A stretch of DNA of 63,193 nt, the filler included, from Octopus bimaculoides (taxonomy: Eukaryota): assembly GCF_001194135.2 (NCBI RefSeq). It is 7 parts of 6 records of this genome, joined end to end, with 100 filler letters (N's around TTAATTAATTAA, not from the genome) between each part and the next. Parts side by side here need not be neighbours in the genome. Positions count along the whole stretch, not along the records: positions 46,156 to 55,129 come from NC_068998.1; positions 55,230 to 60,099 come from NW_026367265.1; positions 60,200 to 63,193 come from NW_026315910.1; 4 more parts are not named here. One strand, given 5' to 3'. This document shows positions 48,872 to 61,539 of this stretch, piece by piece. Each line of letters opens with the position of its first letter. The stretch's first letter is position 1. The notes beneath the pieces are model-generated. The model made no database searches. It was not told where the DNA came from and saw only the letters and a list, made by a program, of their open reading frames with translations. The translations under genes and the position numbers were made by a program.

Positions 48872-51354
48872 CAACACCAACACCAACACCATCATCATCA
48901 TCATATTCATCATCACCATTACCATTACCATGGAAGGAATTTCAACCATGTTTCGTTGTCTGCTACCACAACAGCTCCTTTATAGGATCCAGTTAGCTCA
49001 AGACATCATCAGAAGGAACCACGTCCGGTTTCGGCCCCTACTCCTCTACCGTTTTTTCGTGCCCCCCCCCCTTCGGAGGTGTCTTCAGCTCTGGTGTTGG
49101 GTGCATGTCTTCTTTCTTCTATTCCATGGCCTCTTCTTCCCTGCTGGCATGCGTCGACTTCCAATGTCAGCTCTGGTATGGCTTCTTCGGTTCGATGCCC
49201 TTCCTAAAGAAGACCTCTTGACAGAGTGTGTTGGGTGTTTTCTTGCCGTGGCATCGGCATTAGTGAGGTCACCAATTAACTTGCAAGACAAAAGAAAATA
49301 AAAAGAAAAAGCACCCCCACCCCACCACCATCGATTGACTAGGGGTATTGTAAAGAGGGATATGGCTTTACTTCAGGTATTGAGAGACTAACGTATGTCT
49401 GAGTGGCAGGAACATGTCTCGCTATAGCTGAGATACATGGCTAAACAAAATTATTTGTGGATGAGTAGGAGTAGCCAGTGAGAGAGAGAAGGGGAGAGAA
49501 AGAGAGATAGAGAGAAAGATAATGATGGCGGTGACGAGGTGTCAGGACATACTCTGAAGGAAAATATCTCGCAAATAAACAACACCACTTCTCCATCTTC
49601 CTTTTTGTGTGACTAGAGTGAAGTGGGTTTGCATATCTGAGAAGTTGTGAATCAATAAGAAAGGCTAATAGCAGCACCGAGAAGAGTCTAACCGTTGACG
49701 AATGAACTAAGTTCGTGAGTCGGCCTCATTTTATCCGCATCACTAATGGGTGCTTTTTAGAGAATTTACGAACATCACGCAATTTCGCTTCCCTTCCCTA
49801 TAAATCTTAGATTTTGTACTTATATTTAGAAGTCAATCATTAAATGTAGAAGTATGTGCTTGTGAGAAGTAAGCCGTTTCACATCATTTTGGTCGCTAAT
49901 GATTTTGAGTAAATATGGTTGTCATATATTTACATTTTTTCGTTCCAACAAAAATCATCAATAGACAGATCAAATTAGTGCAAACGTTAAAATAGTGAAG
50001 TTTGAAAGAGTCATAGACATTTGAAAAGACAATGTTTATAGTAAAAGTGTGCGACTGAGTATTCAACCAGGACATTGCAATAAGACAGTATAGCCATTAA
50101 CTCAACTCAGGCGGTTTATCTTTGTAAGTTAATGTAATGTAAAATGTGACTAGGATAGTTAGCAAGACAATATTCTAAGTTAATGTAGCCAAGAAATTGT
50201 TATGCACAATGTGTTCAGGACAGTGTAAAAATCAGGTCAAAAGAATGCAGAATAGCTTGTCAAGAACAGTTAAACGATTTAGCCAATAAAAAACCTATAT
50301 ACATAAAAATGCACAATGACTGAAAATCGTGAGAAATGTTTAAAATAATACTTCTAAATACAAGAAGAATGATAAGTTTACCTGCTATTGCCAAGCCAGA
50401 CACTCAACTACTTCTGCCTACCTGTATTGAGAAAAGTTGAACTCAAAAACACATATAAGGACTTTTAGCCTTCAAGTGCCAGGCATTCTTTGGAGAATGA
50501 TCCCATAAATGGTTTGTCGTCTGCTAGCGCGGTCTTTTGTAAAATATCATCCCACGAATGGCTCTGGTATTCACACCCTATCTCGTGTTTCATTAACATT
50601 GGTCTATTTCCTTCTTGATCAAACGTTAAATCAAGCAGTTCCTAGTGAATTTCTTGAATCACTGTAAAGTTGAGAGACTGCATGGAGGTCCCAAGTTTCT
50701 CTTATATTTTCGTTGACAGTTTTTGATTGAGCTAACCTTCATGTTTTTCCTTTTCTTTATCCCCCCCCCCCATCCCTCTGATCATGGTCTACCACTCCTC
50801 TATAACTTCCATTTGACCCTCCCACTATCATTGCAAGCGAATGGTATGACACTACCTGAAACGGAGATTTTAGCCTCATCAACTACTGGGACTAAAGACA
50901 AGGCGATTCGCCTCTTCGCCATTTCCAGAGCTGCAGCTAGTGATACTGTTGGAACAGAACCTTCTGGAATTTGCTGTTGTTGCTTCTGATTCTGCTTTTA
51001 TAGTGGCTCTTAATGACTAAGTGTAACGGCTGAGTTTCTAATCTGGCCACCACTAGTCTCACGACTTTTTTTTATATTTTCACCACGGAGATAAGTTTTT
51101 ACTCGCAAATTAATGTTTGTTTGTTTAGGTTCTTTTTTTCTTTTTTACCTAAGACGGAGAAGTGTTAGAAAAATTCATGCAAACATTTACAACCCTCTAC
51201 ATAAATGTATCAAAGTTCCAGGACTAGACTGGTACTTAATTTCGAAGTTTCGCATCAAAATATGATTTGCTACACATCACGTGGCAAAAGTGAAAAAAAA
51301 AAAAAAAAGAAAATCACCGATATGGAGGAACAAACACAACAATAATTATTTCTG

Positions 51355-52230
51355 GTTTAGGCCCAAAGCCAGCAGTTTTAAGAGAAGGGGATTAGGATCT
51401 TTTTTAAAACGGGGGCCACATTTTTCATTAACGAAACACTTTGAAACTTGGAACACTGGTAGAATGTGTCATATAAAACATCTTTTTCTTTTAGTCTTCT
51501 TAAAAAAAAAAAGAAATCCATAAATTATTCCATGTTAAAGTTGTCGTATTTCTGTAATTTCAACCAATCACTGACGTCCATTCAGCCGATATACATTAAG
51601 TGCCGACTACATNNNNNNNNNNNNNNNNNNNNNNNNNNNNNNNNNNNNNNNNNNNNNNNNNNNNNNNNNNNNNNNNNNNNNNNNNNNNNNNNNNNNNNNN
51701 NNNNNNNNNNNNNNNNNNNNNNNNNNNNNNNNNNNNNNNNNNNNNNNNNNNNNNNNNNNNNNNNNNNNNNNNNNNNNNNNNNNNNNNNNNNNNNNNNNNN
51801 NNNNNNNNNNNNNNNNNNNNNNNNNNNNNCTTTACATCGCTTAATGAGCCAAAGGAGTAAAGGTAAACAACTGAATACTTGTCAGTGATTGGTTGAAATT
51901 ATCGAAATAAGACAATTTTTTACATGAAATAAATTCGAATACAAAAATATTTTTCTGTTCTATAACACAAAATAGATAAATATACGAAGTTTGAAAGTCT
52001 TTCGGTACCAAAAACACTACGTAAAACATTAATGAAAAATGTGGCCCCCGTTTTAAAAAAGATCCGGGGATTAGTCGATACCGGTACTAGACTGGTCTCA
52101 TATTTTATAAAACCTAGAGAGGTGAAAGGTAAAATTAACCTCGGGGATTTGAACTTGAAAGTTAAAGAACTGGGATAAAAATGGCAAGGCAAGTTTTGCA
52201 ACGCTCTAACGATTCTACCAGCTTGCCTTC
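51355..52230 (-). mobile_element. SINE family A interrupted by the GG-TIR MITE
   Basis: Removing 51395-52073 restores aggcccaaagccagcagttttaagagaaggggatta|gtcgat..., collinear with other minus-strand copies. Confidence 0.8.
51395..52065. mobile_element. Non-autonomous foldback DNA transposon (MITE) with GG termini and 8-bp TSD, Merlin-like
   Basis: Perfect 37-bp TIR GGATCTTTTTTAAAACGGGGGCCACATTTTTCATTAA (51395-51431 / 52029-52065); TSD GGGGATTA (51387-51394 / 52066-52073); further imperfect inverted subterminal arms; centre contains an N gap. Confidence 0.85.
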
Positions 52231-52251
52231 CTGATTCTCCTTTCTATTGTA

Positions 52252-52515
52252 GAGGCGCGTGGCTTAACAGTCAGTGTATTTGGCTCACGAGTGTCAGGTC
52301 ATGAGTTCGATTCCCACCGGCGCGTCGTGTCCTTGAACAAGGCACTTTATTTCTTGTTGTTCCAGTCTGCTCAGTTAGTAAAAATGAGTTGTAATTCAAA
52401 GGAGCCAGTCTTGTCACACTCTGTGTCACGCTGAATCTCCCCGAGAACAACTTTAAGTGTTCGTGCGTCTGTGAAGTGCTCAACTACTTGCATGGTAATT
52501 CTGCGAGCAGGCTGT
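52252..52515 (+). mobile_element. tRNA-derived SINE family C
   Basis: gcgcgtggcttaacagtcag..gagttcgattccc head followed by gtgtccttgaacaaggcacttt; inverted head copy at 62960-63056. Confidence 0.65.
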
Positions 52516-54540
52516 TCCGTTGGTAGTAGCCGACGAAGAACCAGGATTCCTTAATAAACCATTCTTCTATGGGCACAAAGCCTGAAATTTGAGTGGGGCT
52601 AAACTGGTACTTATTTTATCTACCCCGAAAGGATGAAAAGCGAAGTTGTAGATATACGAAGGGTTTTTTTAACTTTCTGTCTACCAAATTCCGTCAGCAG
52701 GTTTTGGTGGTCCCGGAGCTAAGAGAGAAGACATTTGCCCAAGGCGTCACGCAGAAGGACTGAACTCATGTCCACATAGTTGGGAAGAAAGAAAGATTGA
52801 GAACAATCTTTTCTTAGTGGTCAAACCATTAGTGGTCTTCTTCTAGCAAAAGGGATGTCCGCTTAGTGGTCATCCCTCTTATATGTATGTAACATAATTT
52901 TTCTGAATCTTCAGATATTTTCAATTTGCTGGGCCACTGGTTTTAAATTGATATTAATAAAATTAATATTCAATTTTTCACCCTTATTATTTAAATTTAT
53001 ATATATATATATATAACCCCACTATTTACTGACTTATATATATATATATNNNNNNNNNNNNNNNNNNNNNNNNNNNNNNNNNNNNNNNNNNNNNNNNNNN
53101 NNNNNNNNNNNNNNNNNNNNNNNNNNNNNNNNNNNNNNNNNNNNNNNNNNNNNNNNNNNNNNNNNNNNNNNNNNNNNNNNNNNNNNNNNNNNNNNNNNNN
53201 NNNNNNNNNNNNNNNNNNNNNNNNNNNNNNNNNNNNNNNNNNNNNNNNNNNNNNNNNNNNNNNNNNNNNNNNNNNNNNNNNNNNNNNNNNNNNNNNNNNN
53301 NNNNNNNNNNNNNNNNNNNNNNNNNNNNNNNNNNNNNNNNNNNNNNNNNNNNNNNNNNNNNNNNNNNNNNNNNNNNNNNNNNNNNNNNNNNNNNNNNNNN
53401 NNNNNNNNNNNNNNNNNNNNNNNNNNNNNNNNNNNNNNNNNNNNNNNNNNNNNNNNNNNNNNNNNNNNNNNNNNNNNNNNNNNNNNNNNNNNNNNNNNNN
53501 NNNNNNNNNNNNNNNNNNNNNNNNNNTTATAGATTTCCTATATTTGAAATTCATTATAATTATTGAAAATTGCCAAATATCTTTTTATTGTTTTATTGCG
53601 AGTTGTATGCGTGCGCGAGTTGTGTGGCTGCGTTTCTCGGCTTACGTAGATTTCCTGATTCCGTTTATATATATATGTATATATATGATGGATAGATCTA
53701 GTGCAAATGTAGCTCATAACAAGAGATTATTTCTTCTTCTTCTTCTTCTTCTTCTTCTTCTTCTTCTTCTTCTTCATCCTCCTCCTCCCCTCATCTTCAG
53801 CGGCAGCATCTTCTCTTCCTCTCCCTTCTCTTCTTCCTCGTTCTTCTCCAAGATCTCCTCCTCCTCCTCCTCCTCCTCCTCCTCTATCTCCTCCCTTTTC
53901 TCCTTACTATTCTCCTCTTTCTTTTTTAGCTCCATAACTGTCTGTATAATGCGTTCTCATTTGATCATAATGTTTACAATTATATTGATGTTTTCATTGT
54001 CTCTAATTGCATTCACTGTTCTTCTGGTGAATTTATGAAACACCAGCTGCGCTTTTCTTAATAAGTATTTAATTAAAGGTACCGTGGATTAATGAGTTTC
54101 TGAATTTGGAAAGGCGATGAATCCGACAGAGTCTGAAGTGATATTCGAGATATTTCCAGAGAGTTCGTGAGAACCGGCTACACACGCAGGCGTACATACA
54201 TATATGTGTGTGTGTGTTGTGTGATGTGTGTGTGTGTATGTATCATATATTATATATATATATATATATATGTATTATATATATACTCTTTTTTTTACTC
54301 TGTTACTTGTTTCAGTCATTTGACTGTGGCCATGCTGGAGCACCGCCTTTAGTCGAACAAATCAACCCCAGGACTTATTCTTTGTAAGCCTAGTCATTAT
54401 TCTATCGGGCTCTTTTGCCGAACCGCTAGATTACGGGAACGTAAACACACCAGCATCGGTTGTCAAGATGCCACGCAGTGGGACTGAACCCGGAACCATG
54501 TGGTTGGTTAGCAAGCTACTTACCACACAACCACTCCTAC

Positions 54541-54578
<38 letters not shown>

Positions 54579-54727
54579 TGTATGTATGTATGTATGTATA
54601 CACACACATTATACATTAATATTTGTTTTTATGTTCAGTGAAAATACAAAGAATTTTACATTAATCTCATGGGTTACTCTATACTTTTGTAGAGTACAAA
54701 TTTATTATTCTTAAACAAGAATTTGTT

Positions 54728-54774
54728 GAAAGTGACTTCGAATTTTCGGCCGGCTAAGCCATCATCAGACGTTC
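54728..54774 (-). ncRNA. Degenerate type I hammerhead-like motif (PLE pLTR-like remnant)
   Basis: Minus strand reads GAACGT-CTGATGA-T-GGC(ttagccg)GCC-GAAA-ATTCGAAG-TC|ACTTTC. Core intact, stem I 5/6 bp, stem II 3 bp, stem III imperfect; AATAAA downstream. Confidence 0.45.
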
Positions 54775-54876
54775 ATCTATATACATATATACAGATAGAT
54801 AGATAGATAGATAGATAGATCGATAGATAGATAGATAGACATACATACATACATACATACATACATGCATACATAC

Positions 54877-54907
<31 letters not shown>

Positions 54908-54929
54908 CATACATACATACATACATGCA

Positions 54930-55129
54930 TGATGATGATGATGGCCGTCCACTCGTGACCGAGGAAGACCATTGCCGACCATCAGGAACATTGTGCGCTC
55001 TAGGACTAACTTATATTTTGCATTTGCGGCTCCGTTGGTGGCTAATGAGCCCTGCTCTTGACAAGCATACACGACTGCAAACATTGCAGACCAAGCTTTC
55101 CCCATTCACTATACGAGTCGTGCGCTTTC
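54930..55129 (-). mobile_element. RTE-1/BovB-like LINE 3' terminus
   Basis: Minus strand LVCNVCSRVCLSRAGLISHQRS (C-terminal C2H2-like motif) followed by gtcttcctcggtcacgagtggacggcc(ATC)n. Confidence 0.65.
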
Positions 55130-55229
55130 NNNNNNNNNNNNNNNNNNNNNNNNNNNNNNNNNNNNNNNNNNNNTTAATTAATTAANNNNNNNNNNNNNNN
55201 NNNNNNNNNNNNNNNNNNNNNNNNNNNNN

Positions 55230-55262
<33 letters not shown>

Positions 55263-55587
55263 CATACACACACACACACATATATATATACATACACATA
55301 TGCACAAATATATAAACATATACATATATATCTATATAAAGAAGAATTGTTCAACACATTCATGTATACACATGTATGTGTATCTATGTGTATATATGCC
55401 TGTGTGTGAACGAGATACTTTGTTAAACCCTAAGTATGAATCATAAGGCGTAAACTCACAGATGACTGCTTCATGGCTTCTTCTTCTTCTTCTTCTTCTT
55501 CTTCTTCTTCTTCTTGTGTATGTTGGCTGCCATGTCTAATAATATGGAACGTTTAGTTTGGCTCTCAACACCATCAGTATCATCATC

Positions 55588-55618
<31 letters not shown>

Positions 55619-56541
55619 CCATCATCNNNNNNNNNNTATATATATATATATATATATATCCATATATATGTATGTATATATATATAAGTCTAGTGTGTCT
55701 GAAAATGTGTACATGTATTTCTATATATATATGAGTGTATATATGTGTGTGTGTGTATGTTTATGTATATGTGCATATTTCTATATATGTGCATTGTGTA
55801 TATACATATATATATACACACATACATAAGCATATATATATATGTGTGTGTGTGTGTGTGTTATGTTTATATATACATATCTACATGAACAAATACATAA
55901 TTATAATTTGCTTCATTCAACATTTAATACGTGTCTATATATTAGTTTATGCATTTGAAGCAATTCACAAGCCATATATATATATATATATATATANNNN
56001 NNNNNNNNNNNNNNNNNNNNNNNNNNNNNNNNNNNNNNNNNNNNNNNNNNNNNNNNNNNNNNNNNNNNNNNNNNNNNNNNNNNNNNNNNNNNNNNNNNNN
56101 NNNNNNNNNNNNNNNNNNNNNNNNNNNNNNNNNNNNNNNNNNNNNNNNNNNNNNNNNNNNNNNNNNNNNNNNNNNNNNNNNNNNNNNNNNNNNNNNNNNN
56201 NNNNNNNNNNNNNNNNNNNNNNNNNNNNNNNNNNNNNNNNNNNNNNNNNNNNNNNNNNNNNNNNNNNNNNNNNNNNNNNNNNNNNNNNNNNNNNNNNNNN
56301 NNNNNNNNNNNNNNNNNNNNNNNNNNNNNNNNNNNNNNNNNNNNNNNNNNNNNNNNNNNNNNNNNNNNNNNNNNNNNNNNNNNNNNNNNNNNNNNNNNNN
56401 NNNNNNNNNNNNNNNNNNNNNNNNNNNNNNNNNNNNNNNNNNNNNNNNNNNNNNNNNNNNNNNNNNNNNNNNNNNNNNNNNNNNNNNNNNNNNNNNNNNN
56501 NNNNNNNNNNNNNNNNNNNNNNNNNNNNNNNNNNNNNNNNN

Positions 56542-57075
56542 CATCATCATCATCATCACCATCATTATCATCATCACCATCATCACCATCATCATCACCA
56601 TCAGCATCATCATCACCATCATCATCACCATCATCATCATCACCATCATCATCATCGTCATCATCGTCATCATCGTCATCATCATCATTATCATCATCAT
56701 CATCATCATCATCACCATCATCATCATCACCATCATCATCATCACCATCATCATCACCATCATCATCATCACCATCACCATCATCATCATCATCACCACC
56801 ACCACTACCAGCATCACTTCTATCATCATTATCACCATCGTCATCATCACCATCATCATAATCATCAACGTCTTTCATTATCATTATCCCCACCACCATC
56901 ATCATCATCGTTGTCATCACCACCATCACTGACACCACCACCACCATAATCATGAACATCATCATCATCATCATCACCATCAGCATTATCACTACCACCA
57001 TCATCATCATCGTTGTCATCCCCACCATAGCCAACACCACCACCACCACCACCATCATCATCATCAACACTAACA
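56542..57075. repeat. Long degenerate (CAT/CAC)n trinucleotide array
   Basis: Direct reading; source of the spurious His/Asp/Met/Ile-rich ORFs. Other arrays: 44860-45430, 46636-46925, 47820-48350, (CTT/CCT) 53730-53900, 54545-54940, (AAT) 60487-60605, 61129-61560, 63060-63170. Confidence 0.95.
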
Positions 57076-58216
57076 ATGAAACAATGGCAGTTTTAGTTAC
57101 TATTTCTTACTAGTGTGTTATACTGTACATCAGCTAATGTACTCCTAGATACACAGTGCTTGAATAAAAGATGAGATGCTTACAGCTGGAACATTTTGGT
57201 TTATAAGTCTGCTGGGGTTAACAACAAGAACAACTATGGCCACTAATAGTACTATACATTAGATGATGTAGTCCTAGATAGACCATCATCATTTAACGTC
57301 CATTGTCCATGCTGGTATGGGTTGGACAGTTTGACCAGGCTGGCACGCTGGAAGGCTGCACCAGACTCCAGTCTAATTTGGCATGGTTTTCTACAACTGC
57401 ATGTCCTTCCTAATGCCAAACTCTCCGAGAGTGTAATGGATGGTTTTATGTGCCACCAGCACAGGTGCCATTTGTATGACACTGGAGTGCTTTTACGTGC
57501 CACCCGCATGTCTGCCATTTGCATGATACTGGTTTTTTCATGCTAACTACTTGATGAATTCTTATAAAGTTTTTACCCTAATATTGTATTATGAATAATT
57601 AGAATATATTCAGTGCTGAATATTATTCTGTAAAAGCACATGTTGCCGAAATGTAACTTAAAAAACCCACCTCTTTCATGGATGTATAGGGATAAACAAT
57701 CATCTATGTACTATGCTCGTCAGGGTATGCTGATTTTTGTTTATTTTTATGTGTCTTGACCATATGTGTACTGATGAATAAAAGACGCAGATTACTGCAT
57801 TGATTATGAAACCATTGGTTTACCGTTAAGTTTTTAGGAGGTTAGCTTTGAAAGTTGCATTCCCTTGCGATCGGTAAAAATGTGCTTATGGTAGTTTTGA
57901 CTTTTGGAGTCCCTCTTAGCGTGAGGCATTATTGTATAGTAATGCCCTTATATAAATTATATATATATATATATNNNNNNNNNNNNNNNNNNNNNNNNNN
58001 NNNNNNNNNNNNNNNNNNNNNNNNNNNNNNNNNNNNNNNNNNNNNNNNNNNNNNNNNNNNNNNNNNNNNNNNNNNNNNNNNNNNNNNNNNNNNNNNNNNN
58101 NNNNNNNNNNNNNNNNNNNNNNNNNNNNNNNNNNNNNNNNNNNNNNNNNNNNNNNNNNNNNNNNNNNNNNNNNNNNNNNNNNNNNNNNNNNNNNNNNNNN
58201 NNNNNNNNNNNNNNNN

Positions 58217-58343
58217 GAAATATAACAAAAGACTGTTACTCTGAGTTTCACGTTCCCGTTCACCGGACAGTTTTGTTAGAAAAACAAAACTGTCCAGTGA
58301 ACGGGAACGTGAAACTCAGAGTAACAGTCTTTTGTTATATTTC
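58217..58343. repeat. 127-bp palindrome (61-bp arms, 1 mismatch, 5-nt loop) made of two inverted hammerhead-like motifs
   Basis: Arms 58217-58277 and 58283-58343 differ only at caccgg/cactgg. Each strand reads ACTGT-CC(A/G)GTGA-ACG(GGAA)CGT-GAAA-CTC(A)GAG-TA|ACAGT. The left arm begins at an N gap. Confidence 0.85.
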
Positions 58344-58360
58344 TGCTGCTTTTAAATAAA

Positions 58361-58397
<37 letters not shown>

Positions 58398-60251
58398 AGA
58401 TTATTGGCAATGTAATTTTGACTGCAGTGGACTTTTCAATCGAGTTTTCTTCAAACAGCTAACCAGCCAGCTAACCAGCCACCCAACATCTCTTCTTGTG
58501 TATCATACTCTGCAATTCACGATCGAAATATCTTGTACCAAACACACAAATTAAAAGCAAGCAAAAACAAACATTGAAGAACACAAAATAAACAAAAGCA
58601 TATATACACATATAAATATTATATAAATGAATATGCATAAATATATGAAGGAAATATATGAATAGAATGAATAGATCTAAATAAAACTAATCAGACATAC
58701 TGAAAGTGAAAGTAGAAACTGAAGCAGCACCACTAAAAATTTCTAGTTTTACAAACTGCAGGCTAATTTGTCAGTTCTTTAACATGGTAGAGTTGATTCT
58801 TTGAGACTTATTTGTCATGGTAATATGACTATTTCTTCAGCAGGTTTCTCTTTTATCATGTTTTTTATATCTATTTTTTTTTTTATATTTCTTGATTATT
58901 CTTTCTGTTATTAACTAATATCTATAACTTTACTTCTTTTAGATTTTCCCAACCGATTCTTGCTTTTGTTTTGTGGTTCTTAAAAAATATATCTTGTAAT
59001 GTCTTATGTTTTTTTTTATATTTGTTAATATTTTTTGTTCTTTTTTTGTCTTTGATTCTTTGTGGATATTTTATTTTTCACTTTTGAAGTTCAGTGTTCT
59101 TGATAAATAGCTTTTGTGTTGATGTAGTTGTTGCTGGTGGTGGATGATGCTGTGTTAGTAGTGGCAGAGGAGGTAGTGTATAATGGTGGTAAGACTAAGA
59201 GAAAGAGAGAGCAAAAGGGAGAGAGATGGAATGGGAGGGAGATAAAGAGAGGGAAGGAATGAGCGATTGAGAAAGAGAGAAAGGCACAGACAGACAACCA
59301 GTATGAGGATGATGGAGAGGGTAGGAGATTGAGGGGGAGAGAGTGAGTGAGAGGTAAGAACAATAGAGAGATTGAGTAATGAAGAGGAAGGGAGACAGTG
59401 CAAGAGAGTGTGTGTGAGAGACAGAGAGGCCGTAGGAGGGAAGGAGGAAGAGAGAATGAGATTGCGAGAGGTGGGTATGGCAGTGGTAGTGCAGGAGTGC
59501 CTGGTGGTGGTGGAGGAGGTAATGGATGTGATGGAGGCTCTTCTCCTGGTTGAGGGTAGAGTGAAGTGATGGAGGAGTCTATGGAAACGGTGGTGCCATA
59601 GTGTTGGAGGTGGACATGACTGTGGTGAAATGTCTGGTGGTGGAGGCTATTGGAGGGCTGGAGGTTATTTAAGCAGTGGAGGTGGGCACGATAGTGAAGT
59701 TTCTGACAGTGGTGATGGTGATGGAGGCTACTGGAATAGAAGGGTATTGTTGTGGTGGAGGTAGGTGTGGCATTGGTGGCGTGTATGGTGGTGGTGATGT
59801 ATCTGGTAATAGTGATGGTGGAGGTGAATGTGATAGTGGTGGTGGTGGTGGTGGTGGCGACTAAAGAGGAGTTGGACGGTGTTTTAGTAGCATGGTGGTG
59901 GTGGTGGTGGTGGAGGCTATGGAAAGCATGGAGGAGGTGGATGTGGTAGTCATGGAATGCTTAGTGGTGGTGGAGGTGGAAGTGGACAAGGGAGTGGTAG
60001 CAGTGGAGAGTGTAGTGGTGTTTTGTCTTGGTATAAAAAGATGGGCTACAGCAAATATTCTGCTCAATACCACAGATTTGCTTGTCAGTTGTTTGACCTN
60101 NNNNNNNNNNNNNNNNNNNNNNNNNNNNNNNNNNNNNNNNNNNTTAATTAATTAANNNNNNNNNNNNNNNNNNNNNNNNNNNNNNNNNNNNNNNNNNNNT
60201 ATATATATATATATATATATATATATGGGCACACTGGTATACATGTACGGA

Positions 60252-60305
<54 letters not shown>

Positions 60306-60488
60306 CGCTCTCATACTTAGCTTTCGAAGACTTCAAAGATAGCTGCCTGAACTGTCTTGGGACAAAACGCACATGCGTGTACACATGTATTCACACACAC
60401 ATGCACACGCCCATGCGTGTGTACACACGCACCCCAACACCAATGCAGATTATGTTCACTGAAGCAGAGAAAATATATATAAAACAGC

Positions 60489-60523
<35 letters not shown>

Positions 60524-61127
60524 TAATAATAATAATAATAATAATAATGATAATAATAATAATAATGATAATAATAATAATAATAATGATAATAATAATA
60601 ATAATNNNNNNNNNNNNNNNNNNNNNNNNNNNNNNNNNNNNNNNNNNNNNNNNNNNNNNNNNNNNNNNNNNNNNNNNNNNNNNNNNNNNNNNNNNNNNNN
60701 NNNNNNNNNNNNNNNNNNNNNNNNNNNNNNNNNNNNNNNNNNNNNNNNNNNNNNNNNNNNNNNNNNNNNNNNNNNNNNNNNNNNNNNNNNNNNNNNNNNN
60801 NNNNNNNNNNNNNNNNNNNNNNNNNNNNNNNNNNNNNNNNNNNNNNNNNNNNNNNNNNNNNNNNNNNNNNNNNNNNNNNNNNNNNNNNNNNNNNNNNNNN
60901 NNNNNNNNNNNNNNNNNNNNNNNNNNNNNNNNNNNNNNNNNNNNNNNNNNNNNNNNNNNNNNNNNNNNNNNNNNNNNNNNNNNNNNNNNNNNNNNNNNNN
61001 NNNNNNNNNNNNNNNNNNNNNNNNNNNNNNNNNNNNNNNNNNNNNNNNNNNNNNNNNNNNNNNNNNNNNNNNNNNNNNNNNNNNNNNNNNNNNNNNNNNN
61101 NNNNNNNNNNNNNNNNNNNNNNNNNNN

Positions 61128-61172
<45 letters not shown>

Positions 61173-61313
61173 AGTGGTTGTCTATATCTATATGTGTTTC
61201 TGTACACACACATGCATATATACATATATATGTATACATTTACATATACATACATACACATATATAAATATACACATGCAATATCTACCATTATATACAT
61301 ATATATATATCAA

Positions 61314-61370
<57 letters not shown>

Positions 61371-61496
61371 GCATATTACATATATGTTTATATATAGACA
61401 TACGCACAATATAAATACAAATACTCATGTATATATATTTGTGTATATATTCACATACATGCATATGTACGTACCATATATATATATATATATATG

Positions 61497-61539
<43 letters not shown>

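Noticed and set aside
48819-49301. 160-aa ORF
   Set aside because: Made of trinucleotide repeats plus the antisense of an RTE-type tail.
55735-57076. Longest ORFs (308-404 aa; His-, Asp-, Met- or Ile-rich)
   Set aside because: They are read through N runs and a (CAT)n array; the same applies to all X-containing and YI/HT/VC-repeat ORFs in the track.
57528-57622. TGATGA...CTGA, C/D snoRNA-like boxes
   Set aside because: No terminal stem, imperfect C box, and no evident host-intron context.
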